In this document: positions 1 to 14,309 of the stretch, piece after piece
Layout: every line of letters starts with the position of its first letter
How positions within the stretch are numbered: the stretch's first letter is position 1
Assembly: GCA_009914755.4 (NCBI GenBank)
Contig: CP068257.2
Location: 1,760,001 to 1,824,000, forward strand
Direction of reading: 5' to 3'
DNA from: the human T2T-CHM13v2.0 reference genome, Homo sapiens
DNA length: 64,000 nucleotides
Program-made: the position numbers and the translations under genes
The notes under the pieces: generated by a model
Told to the model about the DNA's origin: nothing
What the model saw: the letters and a program-made list of their open reading frames with translations, nothing else
The model's database searches: none

Positions 1-3000
1 ACACAAACTATAAATTATATACTGTACATAAAATATGAAATTACATCAAATATATATTAGGTACATAAAATATGAAAGTACATCAAATATAGATTATATA
101 CTGTACATAAAATATCAATGTACCCAAAATATATATTTTATATTCCACATGAAATATCAAAGTTCACAAACCATATATTATATACTGTACATAAAATATC
201 AAAGTACCCAAGGTATACATTCTATACTGCACAAAAAATATCAAAACCCAAAACATGTATTATATACTGTATATAAAATATGAAAGTACATCAAATATAT
301 ATTTTATTCTGTACATAAAATATCAAAGTACACCAGATATATATTCTATAGTGTACATAAAATAACAAAGTACACAAACTATAAATTATATACTGTACAT
401 AAAATATGAAATTACATCAAATATATATTAGGTACATAAAATATGAAAGTTCATCAAATATAGATTATATACTGTACATATAATATCAATGTACCCCAAA
501 TATATATTTTGTACTCTACATGAAATATCAAAGTTCACAAACCATATATTATATACTGTACATAAAATATCAAAGTACCCAAGGTATATATTCTATACTG
601 TACAAAAAATATCAAAGTACCCAAAGCATGTATTATATACTGTACATAAAATATGAAAGTACATCAAATATATATTTTATTCTGTACATAAAATATCAAT
701 GTACACCAGATATATATTCTATAGTGTACATAAAATATCAAAGTACCCAAACTATACATTATATACTGTACATAAAATATGAAATTACATCAAATAAAGA
801 TTATATTAGGTACATAAAATATGAAAGTACATCAAATATAGATTATATACAGTACATTAAATACCAAAGTACCCCAAATATATATTTTATACTGTACATG
901 AAATATCGAAGTTCACAAACTATATATTATATACTGTACATAAAATATCAAAGTTCCCAAGGTATATATTCTATACTGTAGAAAAAATATCAAAGTACCC
1001 AAAGCATGTATTATATACTGTATATAAAATATGAAATTACATCAAATATATATTTTATTCTGTACATAAAATATCAAAGTATACCAGATATATATTCTAT
1101 AGTGTACATAAAATATCAAAGTACCCAAACTATACATTATATACTGTACATAAAATATGAAATTACATCAAATATATATTAGGTACATAAAATATGAAAG
1201 TACATCAAATATAGATTATATACTGTACATGAAATACCAAAGTAACCCAAATATATATTATATACTGTACATGAAATATCAAAGTTCACAAACTATATAT
1301 TATATACTGTACATAAAATATCAAAGTACCCAAGGTATATATTCTATACTATACAAAAAATATCAAAGTACCCAAAACATGTATTATATACGGTACATAA
1401 AATATGAAAGTACATCAAATATATATTTTATTCTGTACATAAAATATCAAAGTACACCAGATATATATTCTATAGTGTACATAAAATAACAAAGTACACA
1501 AACTATAAATTATATACTGTACATAAAATATGAAATTACATCAAATATATATTAGGTACATAAAATATGAAAGTACATCAAATATAGATTATATACTGTA
1601 CATAAATTATCAATGTACCCCAATTATATATTTTATACTCCACATGAAATATCAAAGTTCACAAACCATACATTATATACTGTACATAAAATATCAAAGT
1701 ACCCAAGGTATACATTCTATACTGCACAAAAAATATCAAAGTACCCAAAACATGTATTATATACTGTATATAAAATATGAAAGTACATCAAATATATATT
1801 TTATTCTGTACATAAAATATCAAAGTACACCAGATATATATTCTATAGTGTACATAAAATATCAAAGTACCCAAACTATACATTATATACTGTACATAAA
1901 ATATGAAACTACATCAAATATATATTAGGTACATAAAATATGAAAGTACATCAAATATAGATTATATACTGTACATATAATATCAATGTTCCGCAAATAT
2001 ATATTTTGTACTCTACATGAAATATCAAAGTTCACAAACCATATATTATATACTGTACATAAAATATCAAAGTACCCAAGGTATATATTCTATACTGTAC
2101 AAAAAATATCAAAGTACCCAAAGCATGTATTATATACTGTACATAAAATATGAAAGTACATCAAATATATATTTTATTCTGTACATAAAGTATCAAAGTA
2201 CACCAGATATATATTCTATAGTGTACATAAAATATCAAAGTACACAAACTATACATTATATACTGTACATAAAATATGAAATTACATAAAATATATATTA
2301 TATTATGTACATGAAATATGAAAGTACATCAAATATAGATTATATACTGTACATAAAATATCAAAGTACCCAAATATATATTACATACTCTACATGAAAC
2401 ATCAAAGTTCACAAACTATATATTATATACTGTACATAACATATCAAAGTACCGAAGGTATATATTCTATACTGTACAAAAAATATCAATGTACCCAAAG
2501 CATGTATTATATACTGTATATAAAATATGAAAGTACATCAAATATATATTTTATTCTGTACATAAAATATCAAAGTATACCAGATATATATTCTATACTG
2601 TACATAAAATATCAAAGTACCCAAACTATACATTATATACTGTACATAAAATATGAAATTACATCAAATATATATTAGGTACATAAAATATGAAAGTACA
2701 TCAAATATAGATTATATACTGTACATTAAATATCAAAGTACCCGAAATATATATTATATACTGTACATGAAATATCAAAGTTCACAAACTATATATTATA
2801 CACTGTACATAAAATATCAAAGTACCCAAGGTATATATTCTATACTGTACAAAAAATATCAAAGTACCCAAAGCATGTATTATATACTGTACCTAAAATA
2901 TGAAAGTACATCAAATATATATTTTATTCTGTACATAAAATATCAAAGTACACCAGATATATATTCTATAGTGTACATAAAATAACAAAGTACACAAACT

Positions 3001-3250
3001 ATAAATTATATACTGTACATAAAATATGAAATTACAACAAATATATATTAGGTACATAAAATATGAAAGTACATCAAATATAGATTATATACTGTACATA
3101 TAATATCAATGTACCCCAAATATATATTTTATTCTCTACATGAAATATAAAGGTTCACAAACCATATATTATATACTGTACATAAAATATCAAAGTACCC
3201 AAGGTATATATTCTATACTGTACAAAAAATATCAAAGTACCCAAAGCATG
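1..3250. repeat. Satellite block B (canonical 373-bp HORs), paralogous to block B-prime at 38703-43150
   Basis: The artefactual ORF translations, used only as sequence fingerprints, match at a constant offset of 38702: 35-283 = 38737-38985 (identical), 1157-1489 = 39859-40191 (identical), 1530 ~ 40232, 2017 ~ 40719. Further on the offset becomes 39952 (2394 ~ 42346, 2653 ~ 42605) because B-prime carries an extra ~1.25-kb insertion. A CG-containing variant, ATATCGAAGTTCAC, is shared at position 904 and at 39606. Confidence 0.8.
23..395. repeat. Exemplar canonical 373-bp higher-order repeat unit (9 monomers of 39+40+42x7 bp)
   Basis: Monomers can be delimited by hand. M1 is ...GAAATTACATCAAATATATATTAGG (39 bp) and runs into M2 TACATAAAATATGAAAGTACATCAAATATAGATTATATAC (40 bp) without the usual TATAC|TGTACA boundary. 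M3 is the CAATGTACCCCAAAT type. M4 is the TCTACATGAAATATCAAAGTTCACAAACC type. M5 is the CCCAAGGTATA.ATTCTATAC type. M6 is the TG(C/T)ACAAAAAATATCAAAGTACCCAAAGCATGTATTATATAC type. M7 is the TGTATATAAAATATGAAAGTACATC...TTTTATTC type. M8 is the CACCAGATATATATTCTATAG type. M9 is the AAAATAACAAAGTACACAAACTATAAATTATATAC type. The next unit begins at 396. Confidence 0.9.
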
Positions 3251-6200
3251 TATTATACACTGTACATAAAATATGAAAGTACATAGGTACATAAAATATG
3301 AAAGTACATAAAATATAGATGATATACTGTACATAAAATATCAAAGTAGCCCAAATATATATTATACAGTGTACATGAAATATCAAAATTTACAAAATAT
3401 ATATTATATAATGTACATAAAATATCAAAATACCCAAAACAAGTAGTATATACTGTACATAAAAGATGAAAGTACATCAAATATATATTTTATTCTGTAC
3501 ATAAAATATCAAAGTACACCAGATATATATTTTATAGTGTACATAAAATATCAAGGTAACCAAACTATACATTATATACTGTACATAAAATATGAAATTA
3601 CATCAAATATATATTATATTAGGTACGTAAAATATGAAATTACATCAAATACAGATTATATACTGTACATAAAATATAAAAGAACCCCAAATATATATTA
3701 TATATTGTACATGAAATATCAAAATACAGAAACTATATATTATATACTGTACAAAAAATATCAAAGTACCCAAAGCAAGTATTATATACTGTACATAAAA
3801 GATGAAAGTACATCAAATATATATTCTATTCTGTACATAAATTATCAAAGTACACCAGATATATATTTTATAGCGTACATAAAACATCAAGGTACACAAA
3901 CTATACATTATATACTGTACATAAAATATGAAATTACATCAAATATATATTATATTGGGTACATAAAATATGAAAGCACATCAAATATAGATTAACTGTA
4001 CATAAAATATCAAAGAACCCGAAATATATATTATATACTGTACATGAAATATCAAAGTTCACAAACTATATATTATATACTGTACATAAAATATCAAGGT
4101 ACCCAAGGTATATATTCTATACTGTACAAAAAATATCAAAGTACCCAAAGCATGTATTATATACTGTACATAAAATATGAGAGTACATCAAATATATATT
4201 TTATTCTGTACATAAAATATCAAAGTACACCAGATATATATTTTATAGTGTACATAAAATATCAAAGTACCCAAACTATACATTATATACTGTACATAAA
4301 ATATGAAATTACATCAAATATATATTATATTAGGTACATAAAATATGAAAGTACATAAAATATAGATGATATACTGTACAAAAAATATCAAAGTAGCCCA
4401 AATATATATTATACAGTGTACATGAAATATCAAAATTTACAAAATATATATTATATAATGTACATAAAATATCAAAATACCCAAAACAAGTATTATATAC
4501 TGTACATAAAAGATGAAAGTACATCAAATATATATTGTATTCTGTACATAAAATATCAAAGTACACCAGGTATATATTTTATAGTGTACATAAAATATCA
4601 AGGTAACCAAACTATACATTATATACTGTACATAAAATATGAAATTACATCAAATATATATTATATTAGGTACGTAAAATATGAAAGTACATCAAATATA
4701 GATTATATACTGTATATAAAATATAAAAGAACCCCAAATATATATTATATACTGTACTTGAAATATCAAAGATCACAAACTATATATTATATACTGTACA
4801 TAAAATATGAATATACCCAAGGTATATATTCTATACTGTACAAAAAATATCAAAGTACCCAAAGCATGTATTATATACTGTACATAAAATATGTAACTAC
4901 ATCAAATATATATTTAATTCTGTACATAAAATAACAAAGTACACCAGATATATATTTTATAGTGTACATAAAATATCAAAGTACCCAAACTATACATTAC
5001 ATACTGTACATAAAATATGAAATTACATCAAATATATATTATATTAGGAACATAAAATATGAAAGTACATCAAATATAGATTATTAACTGTACATAAAAT
5101 ATCAAAGAACCCCAAATATATATTATATACTGTACATGAGATATCAAACTTCACAAACTATATATTATATTCTGTAGATAAAATATCAACGTACCCAAGG
5201 TATATATTCTATACTGTACAAAAAATATCAAAGTACCCAAAGCATGTATTATATACTGTATATAAAATATGAAAGTACATCAAATATATATTTTATTCTG
5301 TACATAAAATATTAAAGTACACCAGATATATATTTTATAGTGTACATAAAATATCAAAGTACCCAAACTATACATTACATACTGTACATAAAATATGAAA
5401 TTACATCAAATATATATTATATTAGGTACATAAAATATGAAAGTACATCAAATATAGATTATTAACTGTACATAAAATATCAAAGAACCCCAAATATATA
5501 TTATATACTGTACATGAAATATCAAACTTCACAAACTATATATTATATAATGTACATAAAATATAAAAGTACCCAAGGTATATATTCTATACTGTACAAA
5601 AAATATCAAGGTACCCAAAGCATGTGTTATATACTGTACATAAAATATGAATGTACATCAAATATATATTTTATTCTGTACATAAAATATGAAAGTACAC
5701 CAGATATATATTTTATAGTGTACATAAAATATCAAAATACCCAAAGAATACATTATAAACTGTACATAAAATATGAAAGTACATCAAATATAGATAATTA
5801 ACTGTACATAAAATATCAAAGTACCCCAAATATATATTATATACTGTACATGAGATATCAAACTTCACAAACTATATATTATATACTGTAGATAAAATAT
5901 CAACGTACCCAAGGTATATATTCTATACTGTACAAAAAATATCAAAGTACCCAAAATATGTATTATATACTGTATATAAAATATGAAAGTACATCAAATA
6001 TAAATTTTATTCTGTACATAAAATATCAAAGTACACCAGATATATATTTTATAGTGTACAGAAAATATCAAAGTACCCAAACTATACATTATATACTGTA
6101 CATAAAATATGAAATTACATCAAATATATATTATATTAGGTACATAAAATATGAAAGTACATAAAATATAGATGATATACTGTACATAAAGTATCAAAGT

Positions 6201-7200
6201 AGCCCAAAGTTATATTATACAGTGTACATGAAATATCAAAATTTACAAAATATATATTATATAATGTACATAAAATATCAAAGTACCCAAAGCAAGTATT
6301 ATATACTGTACATAAAAGATGAAAGTACATCAAATATATATTTTATTCTCTACGTAAAATATCAAAGTACACCAGATATATATTTTATAGTGTACATAAA
6401 ATATCAAAGTACCCAAACTATACATTACATACTGTACATAAAATATGAAATTACATGAAATATATATTATTTTAGGAACATAAATATGAAAGTACATCAA
6501 ATATAGATTATTAACTGTACATAGAATATCAAAGAATCCCAAATATATATTATATACTGTACATGAGATATCAAACTTCACAAACTATATATTATATACT
6601 GTACATAAAATATCAAACTACCCAAGGTATATATTCTATACTGTACAAAAAATATTAAAATACCCAAAGCATGTATTATATACTGTACATAAAATATGAA
6701 AGTATATCAAATATATATTTTATTCTGTACATAAAATATCAAAGTACACCAGATATATATTTTATAGTGTACATAAAATATCAAAGTACCCAAACTATAC
6801 ATTATATACTGTACATAAAATATGAAATCACATCAAATATATATTATATTAGGTACATAAAATATGAAAGTACTTCGAGTATAGATTATTTACTGTACAT
6901 AAAATATCAAAGTACCCCAAATATATATGATATACTGTACATGAAATATCAAAGTTCACAAACGATATATTATATACTGTAGATAAAATATCAAAGTACC
7001 CAAGGTTTATATTCTATACTGTACAAAAAATATCAAAGTACCCAAAGCATGTATTATATACTGTACATAAAAGATGAAAGTACATCAAATATATATTTTA
7101 TTCTGTACATAAAATAACAAAGTACACCAGATATATATTTTATAGTGTACATAAAATATGAAAGTACCCAAACTATACATTACATACTGTACATAAAATG
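3250..7200. repeat. Block of a divergent satellite subfamily interspersed with canonical HORs
   Basis: Diagnostic variants are clustered here: AAAGATGAAAGTACATC; CAAG/CAAGTA(G/T)TATATAC in place of GCATGTATTATATAC; TTTACAAAATATATATTATATAATGTAC; GTAGCCCAAATATATATTATACAGTGTAC; TAGATGATATAC; AAAAGAACCCCAAAT; GGTAACCAAAC; GTACGTAAAAT. This is the only part of the window, apart from one site at 40627-40866, where the minus strand has ORFs of at least 60 aa. Confidence 0.75.
3454..3789. repeat. 336-bp 8-monomer HOR variant that lacks the CCCAAGGTATATATTCTATAC-type monomer (M5) of the canonical 9-mer
   Basis: Manual monomer parsing gives 3454-3495, 3496-3537, 3538-3579, 3580-3623 (44 bp), 3624-3663 (40 bp), 3664-3705, 3706-3747 and 3748-3789. 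The next unit restarts with the same AAAGATGAAAGTACATC monomer at 3790. The M4-type monomer (TGTACATGAAATATCAAAATACAGAAAC...) is followed directly by the M6 type (TGTACAAAAAATATCAAAGTACCCAAAGCAAGTATTATATAC). Confidence 0.8.
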
Positions 7201-9799
7201 TGGAATTACATCAAATATATATTATATTAGGTACATAAAATATGAAAGTACATCAAATATAGATTATATACTGTACATAAAATATCAAAGTACTCCAAAT
7301 ATATATTACATACTCTACATGAAATATCAAAGTTCACAAACTATATATTATATACTGTACATAAAATATCAAAGTACCCAAGGTATATATTCTATACTGT
7401 ACAAAAAATATCAAAGTACCCAAAGCATGTATTATATACAGTAAATAAAATATGAAAGTACATCAATTATATATTTTATTCTGTACATAATATATCAAAG
7501 TACACCAGATATATATTCTATAGTGTACATAAAATAAGAAAGTACACAAACTATAAATTATATACTGAACATAAAATATGAAATTACATCAAATATATAT
7601 TAGGTACATAAAATATGAAAGTACATCAAATATAGATTATATACTGTACATAAAATATCAATGTACCCCAAATATATATTTTATATTCTACATGAAATAT
7701 CAAAGTTCAGAAACCATATATTGTATACTGTACATAAAATATCAAAATACCCAAGGTATATATTCTATACTGTACAAAAAATATCAAAGTACCCAAAGCA
7801 TGTATTATATACTGTAGATAAAATATGAAAGTACATCAAATATATATTTTATTCTGTACATAAAATATCAAAGTACACCAGATATATATTCTATAGTGTA
7901 CATAAAATATCAAAGTACACAAACTATACACTATATACTGTACATAAAATATGAAATTACATCAAATATATATTAGGTACATAAAATATGAAAGTACATC
8001 AAATATAGATTATATACTGTACATAAAATATCAAAGTACCCAAATATATATCATATACTGTACATGAAATATCAAAGTTCTCAAACTATATATTATATAC
8101 TGTACATAAAATATCAAAGTACCCAAGGTATATATTCTATACTGCACAAAAAATATCAAAGTACCCAAAGCATGTATTATATACTGTATATAAAATATGA
8201 AATTACATCAAATATATATTTTATTCTGTACATAAAATATCAAAGTACACCAGATATATATTCTATACTGTACATAAAATAACAAAGTACACAAAGTATA
8301 AATTATATACTGTACATAAAATATGAAATTACATCAAATATATATTAGGTACATAAAATATGAAAGTACATCAAATATAGATTATATACTGTACATATAA
8401 TATCAAAGTACCCCAAATATATATTTTGTACTCTACATGGAATATCAAAGTTCACAAACCATATATTATATACTGTACATAAAATATCATGGTACCCAAG
8501 GTATATATTCTATACTGTACAAAAAATATCAAAGTACCCAAAGCATGTATTATATACTGTACATAAAATATGAAAGTACATCAAATATATATTTTATTCT
8601 GTTCGTAAAATGTCAAAGTACACCAGATATATATTCTATAGTGTACATAAAATATCAAAGTACCCAAACTATACATTATATACTGTACATAAAATATGAA
8701 ATTACATCAAATATATATTATATTAGGTACATAAAATATGAAAGTACATCAAATATAGATTATATACTGTACATAAAATATCAAAGTACCCCAAATATAT
8801 ATTATATACTGTACATGAAATATCAAAGTTCACAAACTATATATTATATACGGTACATAAAATATCAAAGTACCCAAGGTATATATTCTATACTGTAAAA
8901 AAAATATCAAAGTACCCAAAGCATGTATTATATACTGTACATAAAATATGAAAGTACATCAAATATATATTTTATTCTGTACATAAAATATCAAAGTACA
9001 CCAGATATATATTCTATAGTGTACATAAAATATCAAAGTACCCAAACTATACATTATATACTGTACATAAAATATGAAATTACATCAAATATATATTAGG
9101 TACATAAAATATGAAAGTACATCAAATATAGATTATATACTGTACATAAAATATGAAAGTACCCAAATATATATCATATACTGTACATGAAATATCAAAG
9201 TTCACAAACTATATATTATATACTGTACATAAAATATCAAAGTACCCAAGGTATATATTCTATACTGCACAAAAAATATCAAAGTACCCAAATCATGTAT
9301 TATAGACTGTATATAAAATATGAAATTACATCAAATATATATTTTATTCTGTACATAAAATATCAAAGTACACCAGATATATATTCTATAGTGTACATAA
9401 AATAACAAAGTACACAAAGTATAAATTATATACTGTACATAAAATATGAAATTACATCAAATATATATTAGGTACATAAAATATGAAAGTACATCAAATA
9501 TAGATTTTATACTGTACATATAATATCAAAGTACCCCAAATATATATTTTGTACTCTACATGGAATATCAAAGTTCACAAACCATATATTATATACTGTA
9601 CATAAAATATCAAGGTACCCAAGGTATATATTCTATACTGTACAAAAAATATCAAAGTACCCAAAGCATGTGTTATATACTGTACATAAAATATGAAAGT
9701 ACATCAAATATATATTTTATTCTGTACGTAAAATTTCAAAGTACACCAGATATATATTCTATAGTGTACATAAAATATCAAAGTACCCAAACTATAAAC

Positions 9800-11320
9800 T
9801 ATATACTGTACATAAAATATGAAATTACATCAAATATATATTAGGTACATAAAATATGAAAGTACATCAAATATAGATTATATACTGTACATAAAATATC
9901 AATGTACCCCAAATATATATTTTATACTCTACATGAAATATCAAAGTTCACAAACCATATATTGTATACTGTACATAAAATATCAAAGTACCCAAGGTAT
10001 ATATTCTATACTATACAAAAAATATCAAAGTACCCAAAGCATGTATTATATACTGTACCTAAAATGTGAAAGTACATCAAATATATATTTTATTCTGTAC
10101 ATAAAATATCAAAGTACACCAGATATATATTCTATAGTGTACACAAAATATCAAAGTACCCAAACTATACATTACATACTGTACATAAAATATGAAATTA
10201 CATCAAATATATTTTATATTAGGTACATAAAATATGAAAGTACATCAAATATAGATTATACACTGTACATTAAATACCAAAGTACCCCAAATATATATTT
10301 TATACTGTACATGAAATATCAAACTTCACAAATTATATATTATATAGTGTACATATAATATCAAAGTACCCAAGGTATATATTCTATACTGTACAAAAAA
10401 TAACAAAGTACCAAAAGCATGTATAATATACAGTACATAAAATATGAAAGTACATCAAATATATATTTTATTCTGTACATAAAATATCAAAGTACACCAG
10501 ATATATATTCTATAGTGTACATAAAATATAAAAGTACCCAAACTATACATTATATACTGTACATAAAATATGTAATTACATCAAATATATATTATATTAG
10601 GTACATAAAATATGAAAGTACATCAAATATAGATTATATACTGTACATTAAATACCAAAGTACCCCAAATATATATTTTATACTGTACATGAAATATCAA
10701 AGTTCACAAACTATATGTTATATACTGTACATAAAATATCAAAGTACCCAAGGTATGTATTCTATACTGTACAAAAAATATCACAGTACCCAAAGCATGT
10801 ATTATATACTGTACATAAAATATGAAAGTACATCAAATATATATTTTATTCTGTACATAAAATATCAAAGTACACCAGATATATATTCCATAGTGTACAT
10901 AAAATATCAAAGTACCCAAACTATACATTATATACTGTACATAAAATATGAGATTACATCAAATATATATTTTATTAGCTACATAAAATATGAAAGTACA
11001 TCAGATATAGATTATATACTGTACATAAAATATCAAAGTACCCCAAATATGTATTATATACTCTACATGAAATATCAAAGTTCACAAACTATATATTATA
11101 TACTGTAGATAAAATATCAAAGTACCCAAGGTATATATTCTATACTGTAGAAAAAATATCAAAGTACCCAAAGCATGTATTATATACTGTATATAAAATA
11201 TGAAAGTACATCAAATATATATTTTATTCTGTACATAATATATCAAAGTACACCAGATATATATTCTATACTGTACATAAAATAACAAAGTACAAAAACT
11301 ATAAATTATATACTGTACAT
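9800..11320. repeat. Segment Q, duplicated ~4510 bp downstream as Q-prime (14310-15830)
   Basis: Shared rare variants sit at a constant offset of about 4510. CCATATATTGTATAC is at 9933 and 14443. The tail ...TTCACAAATTATATATTATATAGTGTACATATAATATC... ends at 10358 and 14868. The 10419- and 14929- stretches are near-identical over about 690 bp. The flanks diverge before about 9800/14310. After 11320 the best match moves to 16581 (offset 5255), because the second copy carries an extra ~748 bp at 15833-16580. Confidence 0.7.
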
Positions 11321-14309
11321 AAAATATGAAATTACATCAAATATATATTAGGTACATAAAATATGAAAGTACATCAAATATAGATTATATACTGTACTTA
11401 AAATTTCAATGTACCCCAAATATATATTTTATACTCTACATGAAATATCAAAGTTCACAAACCATATATTATATACTGTACATAAAATATCAAAGTACCC
11501 AAGGTATATATTCTATACTATACAAAAAATATCAAAGTACCCAAAGCATGTATTATATACTGTACCTAAAATATGAATGTACATCAAATATATATTTTAT
11601 TCTGTACATAAAATATCAAAGTACACCAGATATATATTCTATAGTGTACACAAAATATCAAAGTACCCAAACTATACATTATATACTGTACATAAAATAT
11701 GAAATTACATCAAATATATTTTATATTAGGTACATAAAATACGAAAGTACATCAAATATAGATTATATACTGTACATTAAATACCAAAGTACCCCAAATA
11801 TATATTTTATACTGTACATGAAATATCAAAGTTCACAAATTATATATTATATACTGTACATATAATATCAAAGTACACAAGGTATATATTCTATACTGTA
11901 CAAAAAATAACAAAGTACCAAAAGCATGTATAATATACTGTACATAAAATATGAAAGTACATCAAATATATATTTTATTCTGTACATAAAATATCAAAGT
12001 ACACCAGATATATATTCTATAGAGTACATAAAATATCAAAGTACCCAAACTATACATTATATACTGTAAATAAAATATGAAATTACATCAAATATATTTT
12101 ATATTAGGTACATAAAATATGAAAGTACATCAAATATAGATTATATACTGTACATAATATATCAAAGTAACCCAAATATATATTATATACTCTACATGAA
12201 ATATCAAAGTTCACAAACAATATATTATATACTGTACATAAAATATCAAAGTACCCAAGGTATATATTCTATACTGCACAAAAAAATCAAAGTACCCAAA
12301 GCATGTATTATATACTGTATATAAAATATGAAAGTACATCAGATATATATTTTATTCTCTACATAATATATCAAAGTACACCAGATATATATTCTATAGT
12401 GTACATAAAATAACAAAGTACACAAACTATACATTATATACTGTACATAAAATATGAAATTACATCAAATATATATTAGGTACATAAAATATGAAAGTAC
12501 ATCAAATATAGATTATATACTGTACATAAAATATCAATGTACCCCAAATATATATTTTATACTCTACATGAAATATCAAAGTTCACAAACCATATATTGT
12601 ATACTGTACATAAAATATCAAAGTACACAAGGTATGTATTCTATACTGTACAAAAAATATCAAAGTACCCAAAGCATGTATTATATACTGTACATAAAAT
12701 ATGAAAGTACATCAAATATATATTTTATTCTGTACATATAATATCAAAGTACACCAGATATATATTCTATAGTGTACATAAAATATCAAAGTACCCAAAC
12801 TATACATTATATACTGTACATAAAATATGAAATTACATCAAATATATATTAGGTACATAAAATATGAAAGTACATCAAATATAGATTATATACTGTACAT
12901 AAAATATCAAAGTACCCCAAATATATATTATATACTCTACAGGAAATATCAAAGTTCACACACTATATATTATATACTGTACATAAAATATCAAAGTACC
13001 CAAGGTATATATTCTATACTGTACAAAAAATATCAAAGTACCCAAAGCATGTATTATATACTGTACATAAAATATGAAAGTACATCAAATATATATTTTA
13101 TTCTGTACATAATATATCAAAGTACACCAGATATATATTCTATAGTGTACATAAAATAACAAAGTACACAAACTATACATTATATAATGTACATAAAATA
13201 TGAAATTACATCAAATATATATTAGGTACATAAAATATGAAAGTACATCAAATATAGATTATATACTGTACATAAAATATCAATGTACCCCAAATATATA
13301 TTTTATACTTTACATGAAATATCAAAGTTCACAAACCATATATTGTATACTGTACATAAAATATCAAAGTACCCAAGGTATATGTTCTATACTGTACAAA
13401 AAATATCAAAGTACCCAAAGCATGTATTATATACTGTACATAAAATATGAAAGTACATCAAATATATATTTTATTCTGTACATAAAATATCAAAGTACAC
13501 CAGATATATATTCTATAGTGTACATAAAATATCAAAGTACCCAAACTATACATTATATACTGTACATAAAATATGAAATTACATCAAATATATATTATAT
13601 TAGGTACATAAAATATGAAAGTACATCAAATATAGATTATATACTGTACATAAAATATCAAAGTACCCCAAATATATATTATATACTCTACATGAAATAT
13701 CAAAGTTCACAAACTATATATTATATACTGTACATAAAATATCAAAGTACCCAAGGTATATATTCTATACTATACAAAAAATATCAAAGTACCCAAAGCA
13801 TGTATTATATACTGTACCTAAAATATGAAAGTACATCAAATATATATTTTATTCTGTACATAAAATATCAAAGTACACCAGATATATATTCTATAGTGTA
13901 CATAAAATATCAAAGTACCCAAACTATACATTATATACTGTAAATAAAATATGAAATTACATCAAATATATTTTATATTAGGTACATAAAATATGAAAGT
14001 ACATCAAATATAGATTATATACTGTACATTAAATACCAAAGTACCCCAAATATATATTTTATACTGTACATGAAATATCAAAGTTCACAAACTATATATT
14101 ATATACTGTACATAAATTATCAAAGTACCCAAGGTATATATTCTATACTGTAGAAAAAATATCAAAGTACCCAAAGCATGTATTATATACTGTACATAAA
14201 ATATGAAAGTACATCAAATATATATTTTATTCAGTACATAATATATCAAAGTACACCAGATATATATTCTATAGTGTACATAAAATAACAAAGTACACAA
14301 ACTATACAT

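Noticed and set aside
35-64. TTAGG occurs once per HOR (ATATATTAGGTAC), which might suggest an insect-type telomeric repeat
   Set aside because: It is a single pentamer per 373 bp, embedded in the M1-M2 junction. No tandem (TTAGG)n, (TTAGGG)n or (TTTAGGG)n run exists anywhere in the window.
3253-6581. Minus-strand ORFs (3253-3480, 4330-4566, 6136-6333, 6330-6581; also 40627-40866)
   Set aside because: They appear only where subfamily point variants remove the stop codons that the consensus monomer has on the reverse strand. The products are Phe/Tyr/Cys/Leu-rich repeats. The overlapping 6136-6333 and 6330-6581 calls are chance overlaps in a repeat. They are not genes.
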